From an uncultured virus (IMG/VR IMGVR_UViG_2824834302_000001) (Duplodnaviria; Heunggongvirae; Uroviricota; Caudoviricetes), in the IMG/VR virus record IMGVR_UViG_2824834302_000001: a DNA stretch of 64,000 nucleotides. The stretch is one strand, 5' to 3'. Shown here piece after piece: positions 1 through 9,207 of the stretch (positions are counted from its first letter, which is position 1; each line of letters starts with the position of its first letter). The notes beneath the pieces were generated by a model. That model did not search any database, was not told the origin of the DNA, and saw nothing but the letters and a program-made list of their open reading frames with translations. A program made the translations under genes and the position numbers.

Positions 1-408
1 TTACTTCTGTTCCGGCGCCAGGAACTCGGCGCAATAGGACGGGCCGTTGACGCCAGGGATATCGGCGACGGTGCGGATGTCGCGGATCGTGTAATCGGAG
101 CTGGTGGTGATTTCCGCCTGGCAGCGCAGATAGGCGGTGCGGGCGGACGCGATCTGCTTGCCGCGCTTGCCGTCGGCGCCTTCGGCGTATTTCGCCGGAA
201 TGCGCACGGTCTTGTAGCCGCCGCGCCAGGTATAGACGGTGGTCGAGCCTTGCTCGCTGTCGCTGATCGGCGGCCCGTAGGCGGCAAAGAAGATGCCGGC
301 CGATTTGCCGACCCAGCGGGCCTCGATCGGATTGCCGGCGGAAGGAATGGTCGTGCATCCGGCAAGCGCAATTGCAAGCCCGGCCGCGGTCATGGTGCGG
401 AAATTCAT
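1..408 (-). CDS. Host lipoprotein, hypothetical
   Basis: 135-aa ORF with signal peptide and lipobox LAGC; outside attL. Confidence 0.75.
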   Translation of the reverse strand: MNFRTMTAAGLAIALAGCTTIPSAGNPIEARWVGKSAGIFFAAYGPPISDSEQGSTTVYTWRGGYKTVRIPAKYAEGADGKRGKQIASARTAYLRCQAEITTSSDYTIRDIRTVADIPGVNGPSYCAEFLAPEQK

Positions 409-670
409 CGTGTCGTCCTGATCTCTAGCGCATTGGCTGCGAAGCCCGCCCTCGTGAGCGGTTTCGCCTGTCCCGTCTGCCCTTTAGCGCGGAACCCGGC
501 AAAAGAAAATTGCCCGTTTGAGACTTCCGTTCGATTTGCGGGAAGTGTGGCTTTTTGCTGCAGCCGCGCGAGCCCGCGCCTGTCACAACCCCGTCAAAAA
601 TTCCGCCGGTTTTTTGGAATTTGGTGCTTGTGCAACCAGATAGGCTGTTCTATAGAAGCGCCGCTGGTCA

Positions 671-747
671 CGGAGTGTAGCGCAGTCTGGTAGCGCACCA
701 CGTTCGGGACGTGGGGGTCGAGTGTTCGAATCACTCCACTCCGACCA
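671..747 (+). tRNA. tRNA-Pro (anticodon CGG), prophage integration target
   Basis: CGGAGTG acceptor stem, anticodon arm CCACG-TTCGGGA-CGTGG, GTTCGAATC T-loop, encoded CCA end. Confidence 0.97.
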
Positions 748-748
748 G
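701..748 (+). repeat. attL core (48 bp)
   Basis: CGTTCGGGACGTGGGGGTCGAGTGTTCGAATCACTCCACTCCGACCAG, identical to 58604-58651. Confidence 0.95.
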
Positions 749-817
749 TCTGAACCATTGAAAAAGTTCATCATTTTCCCGAAACTTCGAATTCTCAGAT
801 ACTTGCCATATCATGCA

Positions 818-855
818 GCGGACCGATTGCGGACCGATTGCCCTGCGGACCGGTT
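818..855 (+). repeat. Putative integrase arm-type binding sites (GCGGACCGATT x2 plus GCGGACCGGTT)
   Basis: 11-bp direct repeats just inside attL; same motif recurs inside attR at 58503-58524. Confidence 0.75.
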
Positions 856-1969
856 AGAATGCGTTCGCCGCCTGCTTCTGAAAGTCCGGGCTGGCGTGTG
901 CATAGGTCCGTTCGAATTCCTCGGCTGTCATGCCCAGGGATGCTGCTGCCTGCTCGGTTTCGACGCCGGCTTGCGCCAGCCAAGTCGCACGCGTGTGGCG
1001 CAGAACGTGCGGCGTGACATCCTCGCCGAGGCCGGCGATCGCCCGGATCGATCGGAAGCCCTTATGCGGCTTGACGATCTTCTCCCCTGAATAATGCACG
1101 GCGTAGCGCAGTGTCACCGGCCGGCCTTGTTCGTCGATCGCGGTGTCCGCCTTATGCCAGTAGCGCAGGAAGCGCAGAAGGCGAGGTGGGATCTTTACGG
1201 GCGTCTTGCGCTTGTTGTGCATGCTGCGCTCGCCCTGGGCCTTGCGGTAGATTACGCCGCTGTCCAGGTTGATGTGGCCGCCGGTCGTGCTCGGCATCCA
1301 TTGCAGGCCGAGGGTCGCACTGAGGCGCGTGCCGGTGTAGAGGCCGATCATGATCAGCCGGACGAGATGCGGGTAACGCCAGCCGGTTCGCTTCCACTTA
1401 GTCGGTTCGCGGGTTTCGACGTCATAGACAACAGGAACCCAGCCCATTGCTGCGAGCAGCAGCTTTGCGATCTCGCGCCTCGTCAGCCAGCTCTGTCGCG
1501 GTTCGCCCTTCTCCGGCAAAGTCACTCTCGGCACCATGTCGAGGGTTTCCTCGGCGTGGTAGTGGTTGATCGCCGCTCTCAGGACTTCCAGATCCCGGCG
1601 GGCGCCGCCGAGATTGCCGCGATCGGCGGCATATTCACGGTAGGTCTGTCCCCGTAGTTCGGTCAGCAGCATGTCGCCGAAGAAATCGGTGACGCGGTCG
1701 AGCATGGCGAATGTTTCCTTCGGCCTGGCCGTCGACGGCGCCTTCTCCTCGGAATAGACGATGACGACGTCGGCTACCGTGACTTCAGCTGCACGACTGG
1801 AGCGCTGCGGCCGGTATTGACTGGTGATGTAGTCGGCAAGCATTCCCTGAGCTGCCTCAACCTCAGCTTCGCTGCATTCCGTGGGGACACGCTTGTCTCC
1901 GTCCTTGATGAACCATGTGCCAGTGTCTGGTCTGAGCCAGAGCCTTGCGGGGCGGCGCTTTTGCGGCAT
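854..1969 (-). CDS. int: Tyrosine recombinase / phage integrase
   Basis: YTGTR, HVLRH and C-terminal Tyr (RTYAH) catalytic motifs; adjacent to attL. Confidence 0.95.
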   Translation of the reverse strand: MPQKRRPARLWLRPDTGTWFIKDGDKRVPTECSEAEVEAAQGMLADYITSQYRPQRSSRAAEVTVADVVIVYSEEKAPSTARPKETFAMLDRVTDFFGDMLLTELRGQTYREYAADRGNLGGARRDLEVLRAAINHYHAEETLDMVPRVTLPEKGEPRQSWLTRREIAKLLLAAMGWVPVVYDVETREPTKWKRTGWRYPHLVRLIMIGLYTGTRLSATLGLQWMPSTTGGHINLDSGVIYRKAQGERSMHNKRKTPVKIPPRLLRFLRYWHKADTAIDEQGRPVTLRYAVHYSGEKIVKPHKGFRSIRAIAGLGEDVTPHVLRHTRATWLAQAGVETEQAAASLGMTAEEFERTYAHASPDFQKQAANAF

Positions 1970-2169
1970 TTCTCAATCATCCTTTTGATCCCGTTCTTGG
2001 TGACAAAATCCTTGTTGGCAATCTGGAAGATTTCCAGATTGCCCTTCCTGGCCTCGGTGCGCAGGGAGGATTTCGTCAGCTCGCCACGAAACAACAGCTT
2101 CGCGGCCTTCGCAAGCGGGATTGGGTCATCGGGGCCGTAGTCGTCGATATCATCGGGCATGGTGATCAC
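1774..2169 (-). CDS. xis: Excisionase-like DNA-binding protein overlapping the int 5' end
   Basis: Small basic wHTH-like N-terminus (LAKAAKLLFRGELTKSSLRTEARKGNL) directly upstream of and overlapping int. Confidence 0.7.
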   Translation of the reverse strand: MITMPDDIDDYGPDDPIPLAKAAKLLFRGELTKSSLRTEARKGNLEIFQIANKDFVTKNGIKRMIEKCRKSAAPQGSGSDQTLAHGSSRTETSVSPRNAAKLRLRQLRECLPTTSPVNTGRSAPVVQLKSR

Positions 2170-2320
2170 CTGAAAGAAACATGCCGACGAGGATCAGCGC
2201 GAAAAACACAAACCAGGTCCATGTCGGCGGCGCGAAGCGAAAGCCTCCGGTCATCCATTCTATTTCGAAGCCGCAGGGCTCTGTGAGAAAGTCGAGGAGG
2301 CGCTTGAGCAGGTGGGTCAT
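2150..2320 (-). CDS. Small membrane protein
   Basis: MTHLLKR... with one hydrophobic helix; coupled to neighbours. Confidence 0.5.
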   Translation of the reverse strand: MTHLLKRLLDFLTEPCGFEIEWMTGGFRFAPPTWTWFVFFALILVGMFLSGDHHAR

Positions 2321-2829
2321 TGTCCTCTTCTCCATCTCTCGAAATCGGAGCGCAGGGAGTTCCAGCGCGCCGCGGCGGCTGTGTCGGTGTCCAGCTCGTT
2401 CAGTGATTGAACGTTGAGGATCGAATGCATGCGGGTCTTGATGCGCTCGAAATCGGTTGCGTCGCGCAGCTCGTGGCAATCGATCAGGTATTGGCGGAAG
2501 GCCTGGTCGCTCTTGCACTTCATCGCGCATTCGGCGGCATAGCGCTTCGGTTTTGGCTGTTTGCCGGCAAGCTCGCGATAGGCGCGGCCACAGCGATCAA
2601 GCAATTCAAGCAGGAACCGCTGGCGCTCGCCGGCGCGGATCAGGAAATCCTGGAAGACAAAGGGCGCGTCTGCCGCGACCGCGGCGATCGCGCGCGGCTT
2701 GTCGTCGACCGGATCGCGTACGACGAGGGCGAGGCCAACGCCGTCTGCCTCGACCGCCCAGTCGGCGCCGACCGTGGCGAGGTCCTGCCGGATCTGCTCG
2801 AGCTTACGCTTTTCCGCCTCGGTTGCCAT
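2317..2829 (-). CDS. Phage hypothetical protein
   Basis: Start MATEAEK after GGAGG; overlapping start/stop junctions. Confidence 0.7.
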   Translation of the reverse strand: MATEAEKRKLEQIRQDLATVGADWAVEADGVGLALVVRDPVDDKPRAIAAVAADAPFVFQDFLIRAGERQRFLLELLDRCGRAYRELAGKQPKPKRYAAECAMKCKSDQAFRQYLIDCHELRDATDFERIKTRMHSILNVQSLNELDTDTAAAARWNSLRSDFERWRRGQ

Positions 2830-3572
2830 CAGGGAGCCTTCGCCTCCTGTGAGGGAGCGGGGGCGTTGCTTTTCTTTACAGGCCGCCACCAATCCGGACG
2901 ATCTTCCTCACACCAATTCTCTTGAACGGGGCAACCACGCTTGCGGCAGTTTTCAGAGTATTCGGGAAGGACTGCGCCGCAGCGTTCGCACCAGTCGTAT
3001 TCTCCCCAATATGAGGAGGCGAGGTGATCGCATCCCCTCGGCACCTCCAGACGTAGATCCTGGGGATCAAGAAAGCCCTCGAAAAGGTGAATGACGGCGC
3101 CTGCCTGTTTGGGAGACAGTTTTGCCGCATCGAAACTGATACCTGCCGTGGGCCTGCCTCGCATGACTTCGTAGAGTTCTTCCATGCGGGCTCGGTAGTA
3201 ATCTCCGTTCCAGCGGCTTGGATGAACCGTCAAGGTTTTCAGCCCATGCCAGAACGCCTTCGCATCATCAGGGGTGATCTCTTCGCCATTCGTGACGGGG
3301 TCTTTTGCCCACTCTTCCAGGCGGTCGTAAAACCAGTGAACCCACCGGTTGTGGTCTTCGACGCCTTTGCAGAGGTCATCATCCTTCAGGTCTGAGGAAG
3401 GCCATCCGTGAGATTTCCAATGCACCTGGTTGTCACGATATTGCTCTCGCTCAAGTTTTAGACGGCGTTCGATGTCTTCGACATGTGCGATGACAGAAGC
3501 TTTAGTCCCCTTCGGCGCCATGACAGAGCGAGAGAGGCCTTGCGAAAAATTGAAAAAGACATGGTAGCTCAT
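2829..3572 (-). CDS. Phage hypothetical protein with C-terminal Cys cluster
   Basis: Long ORF; CERC/CRKRGC motifs; coupled junctions. Confidence 0.7.
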   Translation of the reverse strand: MSYHVFFNFSQGLSRSVMAPKGTKASVIAHVEDIERRLKLEREQYRDNQVHWKSHGWPSSDLKDDDLCKGVEDHNRWVHWFYDRLEEWAKDPVTNGEEITPDDAKAFWHGLKTLTVHPSRWNGDYYRARMEELYEVMRGRPTAGISFDAAKLSPKQAGAVIHLFEGFLDPQDLRLEVPRGCDHLASSYWGEYDWCERCGAVLPEYSENCRKRGCPVQENWCEEDRPDWWRPVKKSNAPAPSQEAKAP

Positions 3573-4033
3573 CAGTCGTACCCCCACGATTTCGCGATGG
3601 CGACGAAGCGATCATACTTCGGCCGATCGGGATGCAAGGGTCCGACAGCGCGGCCGGAAAGTTCGGAAACGGGTGTGCCTACCGGTTCGTCAGGATCGCG
3701 ACTGCCGGCGAAGGAAATCGAGACATCGCCCTCGCAGGGTTCGTAGCCGCTCCAATCGTGCGGCGCATCATTGCCGCACTCGACGCAGAAATGACGGCGC
3801 TCGCAGCGGTCATATTCATAGTCGGGATGTTCGCAGCAGTTGATGCAGATCGCAGCGCCGGGATTGTATTCGTTCCATGTGCAGATTTCGGCACGATCGC
3901 CGCAGACACGGCAGGGCGGGCTGTAGTGTCCGAGCTGGATCATGAAGCCGGGCACATAGAAGATCGCGCCCATGCCGATCCGGACGACATCTGGTCGCCA
4001 GCGCCAATAGAGCATGCGTCGGATCTTAAGCAT
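3572..4033 (-). CDS. Cys-rich (Zn-binding) hypothetical protein
   Basis: CRVC, CINC, CVEC motifs. Confidence 0.6.
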   Translation of the reverse strand: MLKIRRMLYWRWRPDVVRIGMGAIFYVPGFMIQLGHYSPPCRVCGDRAEICTWNEYNPGAAICINCCEHPDYEYDRCERRHFCVECGNDAPHDWSGYEPCEGDVSISFAGSRDPDEPVGTPVSELSGRAVGPLHPDRPKYDRFVAIAKSWGYD

Positions 4034-4799
4034 CGCCGCTGCCTTCCGTTGCGGTGGCAAGGTCGAGCACCAGGCGAGCCGATTGGTCAGCACGGTCCTT
4101 GATGGTCATGTCCGACGAGAAAAGCGCGAACTTGAGTTCCTCGACAACTTTGCGAAGCTGATTACGCTCGATCTTAAGCGTGTCAGCAGCTGCGCGTGCG
4201 GCGTCCCTGCTTCCTTCGGCATCGCGGCGTTGGCGCCACGCCTCGGCGCGATCCTTCTTCAACCGCCCGAGCTGTTCGAGGCGCGCATGCATGTCGCGAT
4301 CGTGCTGCGCCTGCAGGTCAAAGACGCCGTTCTTTTTGTCGTCGTCCCGTCGGTTGAGTGCGACCGCGCCCCATCCCATGCCTTGGCGACGGATGTAAAC
4401 GCAGGTGTTACCGAACCTGTCGTGGATGGCCTCAAGCTGACTGATTAGATCCTCGATCTGGATCATGTGATCGTCATCGCCACCAAGCCCATGGGGAGGG
4501 GGCGATGTGGTGGAATCCGCGAGCTGCTGCTTCGCCAGAGCGAGGCGGCGGTATGACATGATGACCTTCTCGTAGGACGCGATCCACGCTTCACGATCGG
4601 TCGTCGCCTTCTCCTGCATCTCTGCCAGAGCGAGTTCGGCAAGCCTGCGGATTTCTTCCTTTGACGGGAAGAGTTGTATGGAAGAGCCGGCGAGCGCTGC
4701 TTCAAGAATCCGCCGAACTTCGCCCTCGTTCGCTTCATTGCGATAACGCTGCTGGGCTTCGCAGCCAGCCTGGATCATGGCCTTGGTGATCTGGCTCAT
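4026..4799 (-). CDS. Hypothetical protein with C-terminal coiled coil
   Basis: Start MSQITK after GGAGG; operon-coupled. Confidence 0.65.
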   Translation of the reverse strand: MSQITKAMIQAGCEAQQRYRNEANEGEVRRILEAALAGSSIQLFPSKEEIRRLAELALAEMQEKATTDREAWIASYEKVIMSYRRLALAKQQLADSTTSPPPHGLGGDDDHMIQIEDLISQLEAIHDRFGNTCVYIRRQGMGWGAVALNRRDDDKKNGVFDLQAQHDRDMHARLEQLGRLKKDRAEAWRQRRDAEGSRDAARAAADTLKIERNQLRKVVEELKFALFSSDMTIKDRADQSARLVLDLATATEGSGDA

Positions 4800-5059
4800 C
4801 GGCGATCCTCCGTTGCGCAGGTGGCCGGCACGACGTGAAAGGCGGAGCGCCGATCGCGCGCCTGATTGAGCCGGTCTCGCTGTTCGGGATCGCCCATCAC
4901 CCACGGGTACAGTTCTCCGGCGTCGACACGATCCTGCGTTAGCCGCCTCGCGCGAGCGAGAGGGCTTTCGGGTCGCTGATCGACGCACGATTTGCACTGG
5001 CACGGCTGGCAGATGCAGGAGTTCTCCGGGCCGCAAATTTCGCAGGGCAGATCACCCAT
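4796..5059 (-). CDS. Small Cys-rich hypothetical protein
   Basis: CEIC..CICQPCQCKSC; overlapping junctions. Confidence 0.55.
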   Translation of the reverse strand: MGDLPCEICGPENSCICQPCQCKSCVDQRPESPLARARRLTQDRVDAGELYPWVMGDPEQRDRLNQARDRRSAFHVVPATCATEDRR

Positions 5060-5336
5060 TGATCTTGCCCTCCGTTGCAGTGGCGGCCTTGAGCTTGAAG
5101 AAGTCGTCGGCCGCGACGGTTGCGCATCCGAGGCTGTGAGCGAGGCTCATGATGTTCTCAGATGATGGCTTGCCGGAATAGACGGTGAAGAGGTGCGCAG
5201 CCGCCGTCAGCAGCATCATGATAGCGTCGGCCGGGTCGGTCCCGGCTTGCTGGCAGATGGCCTTTGCTGCCGCTTCTATTGCCAAAACCCGGCCTTGCGG
5301 ATCTCCGGGCAGATTGCCTTTGATCTCAATCTGCAT
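5052..5336 (-). CDS. Phage hypothetical protein
   Basis: Operon-coupled ORF. Confidence 0.6.
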   Translation of the reverse strand: MQIEIKGNLPGDPQGRVLAIEAAAKAICQQAGTDPADAIMMLLTAAAHLFTVYSGKPSSENIMSLAHSLGCATVAADDFFKLKAATATEGKING

Positions 5337-5742
5337 CGGCGTCGCCCCTCAGCGGGATTGCTGCGACCACTATGCGATCCGGGGAGACCTTTTCGGCCAA
5401 CTCCGACATCGGATCGATGCGTTCGTGCTCGGCGATGGTCATGAGCGGCACGGCGATTTCATCGCCATAGCGATCTTTCCATTTTGCCAGCCAGTCGAAA
5501 ACATTTTCGGGATTTACCTGCTCCGATTCTTCGATGACCGGTTCCAGGTGCGGGTGCATCGCAAGAATCACCGGAACGGCTTCGCGGCTCAGGCGCGGGA
5601 TTTGATGAGTGAAGACGGTCTCCCCAGTCATCCAATTCAAAACTTCGTAAACGCCGGCGATGTGGTTTTCGGAAACGAGAACGCCGGTCACGACGGATAG
5701 GACGGCGCCAGTCGGAAAGCTCTTCGTTTTGCGGTCAGTCAT
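5326..5742 (-). CDS. Phage hypothetical protein
   Basis: Start MTDRK after GGAG; operon-coupled. Confidence 0.65.
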   Translation of the reverse strand: MTDRKTKSFPTGAVLSVVTGVLVSENHIAGVYEVLNWMTGETVFTHQIPRLSREAVPVILAMHPHLEPVIEESEQVNPENVFDWLAKWKDRYGDEIAVPLMTIAEHERIDPMSELAEKVSPDRIVVAAIPLRGDADAD

Positions 5743-6307
5743 TCTTGATCTCCTTGGTGGCGGCGCGGTCGATGCGCTCGATTTCGGCAATGAGGAGGGC
5801 GGCCGATCTCACCAAATCGCGCCTGCGCGTCTTTGGTGTCCACCAGCCCCAAGACCAAGATTTCGGCCATATGAATTGGATCACGGCCAACAGGCGGTCA
5901 TCCTTGCCGCGCTGGCTTTCATCTACTGCGCCCGACGTAGCGTAGCAGGCAGCGGCAAATGCCATCTCTCCAGCGGTGTGCGTGTCATCGTGTTCGAAAG
6001 TGAAGCCTTCGGCCTCTACCTGCCGGCGACGTTCGGCAGCAACATCTAGCAAAGCCTCCGACGCGCTGCGGCGGTTCCACTGGCGGATGGCCTCATTCGC
6101 GCCAGGCTCTTCCTCGTTTTCGCTTTCTTGGCAAGCTACCGGGCCTCGGGCCGAGCATGCGTTGCAGAACACGTAGGCCGAAGAAAAGTCTGCGCGCTCG
6201 ACGAAGGCGTCGAGCTTGCCGCAGTATGCGCATGGTTCGGTGATCTCTTCGGTCGTCGGAATGAGGTCGTTATCGTCCTCTTCGAGGTCGTCGGAACGGT
6301 CGTTCAT
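5735..6307 (-). CDS. Lar-family restriction-alleviation-like Zn finger fused to a conserved phage helical domain
   Basis: PCAYCG...VFCNACSARGP...EAIRQWNRR matches the Lar-family pattern; C-terminal DVAAERRRQ...EHDD domain. Confidence 0.65.
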   Translation of the reverse strand: MNDRSDDLEEDDNDLIPTTEEITEPCAYCGKLDAFVERADFSSAYVFCNACSARGPVACQESENEEEPGANEAIRQWNRRSASEALLDVAAERRRQVEAEGFTFEHDDTHTAGEMAFAAACYATSGAVDESQRGKDDRLLAVIQFIWPKSWSWGWWTPKTRRRDLVRSAALLIAEIERIDRAATKEIKND

Positions 6308-6855
6308 CGGACTATCTCCCGTGCATTCTGAAATATGATCGGCTGCTGGTCGCGCGCGATGCGGTGGACGCCGCGGGCCATCGGGTGTTTGGGAAAGCCG
6401 TCCTTCGTCAGGCCGAGGCAGACGAGGTCGACGAGCTGCTGGCGGGCGCGGTGCATGAACCACTTGTCGCGGCCGAGGTAATCGCCGCCGTTGCCCCATG
6501 CGGCCAGGACGGGCGTGTTCTGATAACGGGCGATGATGAAGGCGCCGTCGATGAACTCGTTGCAGCGCGGACCGATCGAGTCCTTGGCGCGCATCATCTC
6601 CTTCGGCGATGGCGAGCGAAAGGCGTGAAGATTGACGATGATGAGGCCGCCGTAACCCCAGAGCTTGGCAAACCAGATGAGGACACGGACCGTGGGGTCG
6701 TTGCGCAGATGATCGGCGTCCGACGGGTTGAGCATGCAGACGACCAGGAAGGGCTTGGTGCTATCCCAGACGCGGCGCAGCTCGTCGCGATAGAGGGTGC
6801 AATCGGAGATCGCGGCGAACATCTGCATTTCGGATTTGAAAAGGTCGAGGGTCAC
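6304..6855 (-). CDS. DUF1643-family protein
   Basis: MLNPSDAD..NDPT, NLHAFRSPSP, AAWG, PKHP motifs. Confidence 0.8.
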   Translation of the reverse strand: MTLDLFKSEMQMFAAISDCTLYRDELRRVWDSTKPFLVVCMLNPSDADHLRNDPTVRVLIWFAKLWGYGGLIIVNLHAFRSPSPKEMMRAKDSIGPRCNEFIDGAFIIARYQNTPVLAAWGNGGDYLGRDKWFMHRARQQLVDLVCLGLTKDGFPKHPMARGVHRIARDQQPIIFQNAREIVR

Positions 6856-7067
6856 CGCTGCTCCTCCAGGAAACAATCCACGGCGCCGCGAAGGTTCTGC
6901 ATTGCCTCATTGTATCCCTCGCGGAAACCGGCCGGCTTCGCGTCGAAGATGTTGTCGGCCTTGGCCTGGAGTTCCGTCACGGTCCAATTCTCGGCGCACC
7001 AGGCGGCAAACTCCTCCATCTTCAGTCGGAACAGCTCTGCGACCTGATATTCAAGGTTTATGGTCAT
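6852..7067 (-). CDS. Phage hypothetical protein
   Basis: Operon-coupled small ORF. Confidence 0.55.
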   Translation of the reverse strand: MTINLEYQVAELFRLKMEEFAAWCAENWTVTELQAKADNIFDAKPAGFREGYNEAMQNLRGAVDCFLEEQR

Positions 7068-7291
7068 TCGCGCTCCTTCCCCGTGATGACGAAGACGGCG
7101 CCGCTCGGCATGTGCAACTCGACCTCGTCGCCGCGCTCGATGCGCGTGAAGATCGCCTCGAGGTCGCCTTCGGCGTCGATGAGGAAGCTTTCCAGTGTCG
7201 AGACCTTGGCGCGCAACTCCTCGATCAGCAGGCGCTCGCGGCGATATTTCGCGCGGCTATCCGGATGGTGGATGTTGATGTGGTCAGGCAT
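7064..7291 (-). CDS. Phage hypothetical protein
   Basis: Operon-coupled small ORF with GGAGG SD. Confidence 0.55.
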   Translation of the reverse strand: MPDHINIHHPDSRAKYRRERLLIEELRAKVSTLESFLIDAEGDLEAIFTRIERGDEVELHMPSGAVFVITGKERE

Positions 7292-7526
7292 CGCCGACGG
7301 CCTCCTCGTTCGAAAGAAAGGTCTGGCTGTTCAGAGGGAGGCCGAAGAGGCTGTCGCCAGCCTCGACGATCGGGCTGTCAGATGCGGAGAGCAGTTTCAT
7401 CGCCAGCTTGTCCGGGATGACCTGATGTGGCTGCTCGAACCACCAGACGCGGCGCCCGTCAGTGAACTGCATGTGCAGTTCGTCTCCGGCGCGGATGCGT
7501 GCGATTATGTTCTCAGCCTTCAGCAT
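7284..7526 (-). CDS. Phage hypothetical protein
   Basis: Operon-coupled small ORF. Confidence 0.55.
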   Translation of the reverse strand: MLKAENIIARIRAGDELHMQFTDGRRVWWFEQPHQVIPDKLAMKLLSASDSPIVEAGDSLFGLPLNSQTFLSNEEAVGDA

Positions 7527-8062
7527 GCGGCCGTCCTCGCCTTGCTCGCTGCGATAGCGCGCTTGAACGCTTCCTGGCCTGCGATCAGCTGGCGCAGGCA
7601 GTCGGCGGCTTGACGGATGGACTTACGGGCGCGCAGCTGCGCCAGGCGGATGCGGTTCGGCCTGGTGTCGAACCAGCCGCGCACGGCGTACATGAGGATG
7701 TCGAACTCGGGCTGAAGCGGCTGCGAGTCCCAGACAGGGATTGGCCCCATCATCACAGTGGCGCCGTGGCACCAGAGATCACGGAACATCTCCAGCACGG
7801 TGCACTGAACCGGCGGCTGGCCCGTGCTGAAGTAATCCGGCTTATCGGGATCGTTGAAGCCAAAGAAGCAGATCAGACCGGTGTCATGATTCCACATCGA
7901 AGGATGGTTCAACGTTCCTTCCCACGTACCGGCATGCGTCCAGAGCGTCACGCCGGCGAGATCGCCGAGCAGCTCGGGAATGCCGGGCACGACCTTCAGG
8001 AGGTCCGTGTCGAAATCGTCGCACCACATCGGGCGCATGGCTGGAGATCCTGTCCGGTCCAT
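7520..8062 (-). CDS. Phage hypothetical protein
   Basis: 180-aa ORF coupled to neighbours. Confidence 0.55.
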   Translation of the reverse strand: MDRTGSPAMRPMWCDDFDTDLLKVVPGIPELLGDLAGVTLWTHAGTWEGTLNHPSMWNHDTGLICFFGFNDPDKPDYFSTGQPPVQCTVLEMFRDLWCHGATVMMGPIPVWDSQPLQPEFDILMYAVRGWFDTRPNRIRLAQLRARKSIRQAADCLRQLIAGQEAFKRAIAASKARTAAC

Positions 8063-8313
8063 CAGTTTGACCTCGCCTTCCGATAAGCGGCCGCCTGAGC
8101 GGCGTGGGCCTCGAGTTGCTTCGGCAACTTCTCGATGATGATCTCAAGCGCTTCGGCATGGTTTGCAGGCGGCAACATGGTGCCGATAATGGCTGCGCAC
8201 GCGTCGCCGCATGCGGCCATGGCCTCGACCGCGGTCAACACATGGGTGCGAACGCCATCGGCCATCATCTCGACGATCAGGTCACGGATCTTGTTCTGCG
8301 CTTCCTTGCTCAT
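8062..8313 (-). CDS. Phage hypothetical protein
   Basis: Operon-coupled small ORF. Confidence 0.6.
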   Translation of the reverse strand: MSKEAQNKIRDLIVEMMADGVRTHVLTAVEAMAACGDACAAIIGTMLPPANHAEALEIIIEKLPKQLEAHAAQAAAYRKARSN

Positions 8314-8528
8314 AGCAAGCTCCCTCGTTCCCGCGACTTGCGGCAGTCCGGGCAGAAATGCTGCCAGCTGCCGGCGTGGCGTTCGATCAGCCAGCGGGCG
8401 ATCTTGGCGACGCGGACGGCTTTTTCGCGCGCGGCGCGGGGATCGGCGTCCATCACCGAGTCCATAGATGTCGGGCAGCTGTCACAGCCGATGCGCGCGG
8501 TGCCGGCGGTCGTGTCGGTTTTCAGCAT
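8310..8528 (-). CDS. Small Zn-finger protein
   Basis: CDSC ... HFCPDC motifs. Confidence 0.65.
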   Translation of the reverse strand: MLKTDTTAGTARIGCDSCPTSMDSVMDADPRAAREKAVRVAKIARWLIERHAGSWQHFCPDCRKSRERGSLL

Positions 8529-8719
8529 CGGCCTTGCTCCTTCAGGACGGCGACGAACATGCTGATGCCGGGAAGCGAAAAGGGTCGATCGGCGACGCCG
8601 CCGTGGTCGCCGGCGACGACGCGGCGGATCGTCACTACCTTGGCCGGCAGGACGATCTCGCGCCGGCGCTGGGCGAGCAGGAGCGGGCGGCCGGAAAGCT
8701 TGCGGACGTGGACGGTCAT
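8522..8719 (-). CDS. Small hypothetical protein with SLPxISMF motif
   Basis: GGAGG SD, coupled junction; C-terminal motif shared with 10039-10509. Confidence 0.55.
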   Translation of the reverse strand: MTVHVRKLSGRPLLLAQRRREIVLPAKVVTIRRVVAGDHGGVADRPFSLPGISMFVAVLKEQGRC

Positions 8720-9207
8720 GCGCCCCTCCAGTTCCACAGGCCCTGCAGGCCGCTTGCGGGCACGGGCGGCTCCAGCATCTCGATGTCAGTCAGTGGCCAG
8801 CCCCAATTGAAGGTGCCTTCGCGATCGCTGTCATTGCCGGCGTCGTCGCCGAATTCGCGGGCGCATTCCACGCCGCTCTTCGGTTCGCCGACAACCGCGG
8901 TGCAGAGCACGTGCGACAGCGGCAGGAAAGTCGGGACGGCGCTCTTCGGTTGCTCCAGGATGCGATCGAGCAGCGGGATGGCGAGATCGGGTTTCAGGCA
9001 GGGCGTTGGGTAGCTGCCGGGACGGGCGAGATTGATGCGCAGCGCCAGAACCTCGGAGCGCTTCATCGGCCTGGCGCCGGCGTGGATGGCGATGCGCTGG
9101 CCGATCAATGATGCCGGCGGCCGCCAGCCGCGAAACTCATACGGCTTGGCGCCGATCGTGATCAGGCTCGTCCATGGCTGCCAGACGGTGAGGGCTTTCA
9201 TCATCAT
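8716..9207 (-). CDS. ASCH-domain protein
   Basis: KALTVWQPW...GAKPYEFRGW...IAIHAG...GLQGLW ASCH signature. Confidence 0.85.
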   Translation of the reverse strand: MMMKALTVWQPWTSLITIGAKPYEFRGWRPPASLIGQRIAIHAGARPMKRSEVLALRINLARPGSYPTPCLKPDLAIPLLDRILEQPKSAVPTFLPLSHVLCTAVVGEPKSGVECAREFGDDAGNDSDREGTFNWGWPLTDIEMLEPPVPASGLQGLWNWRGA

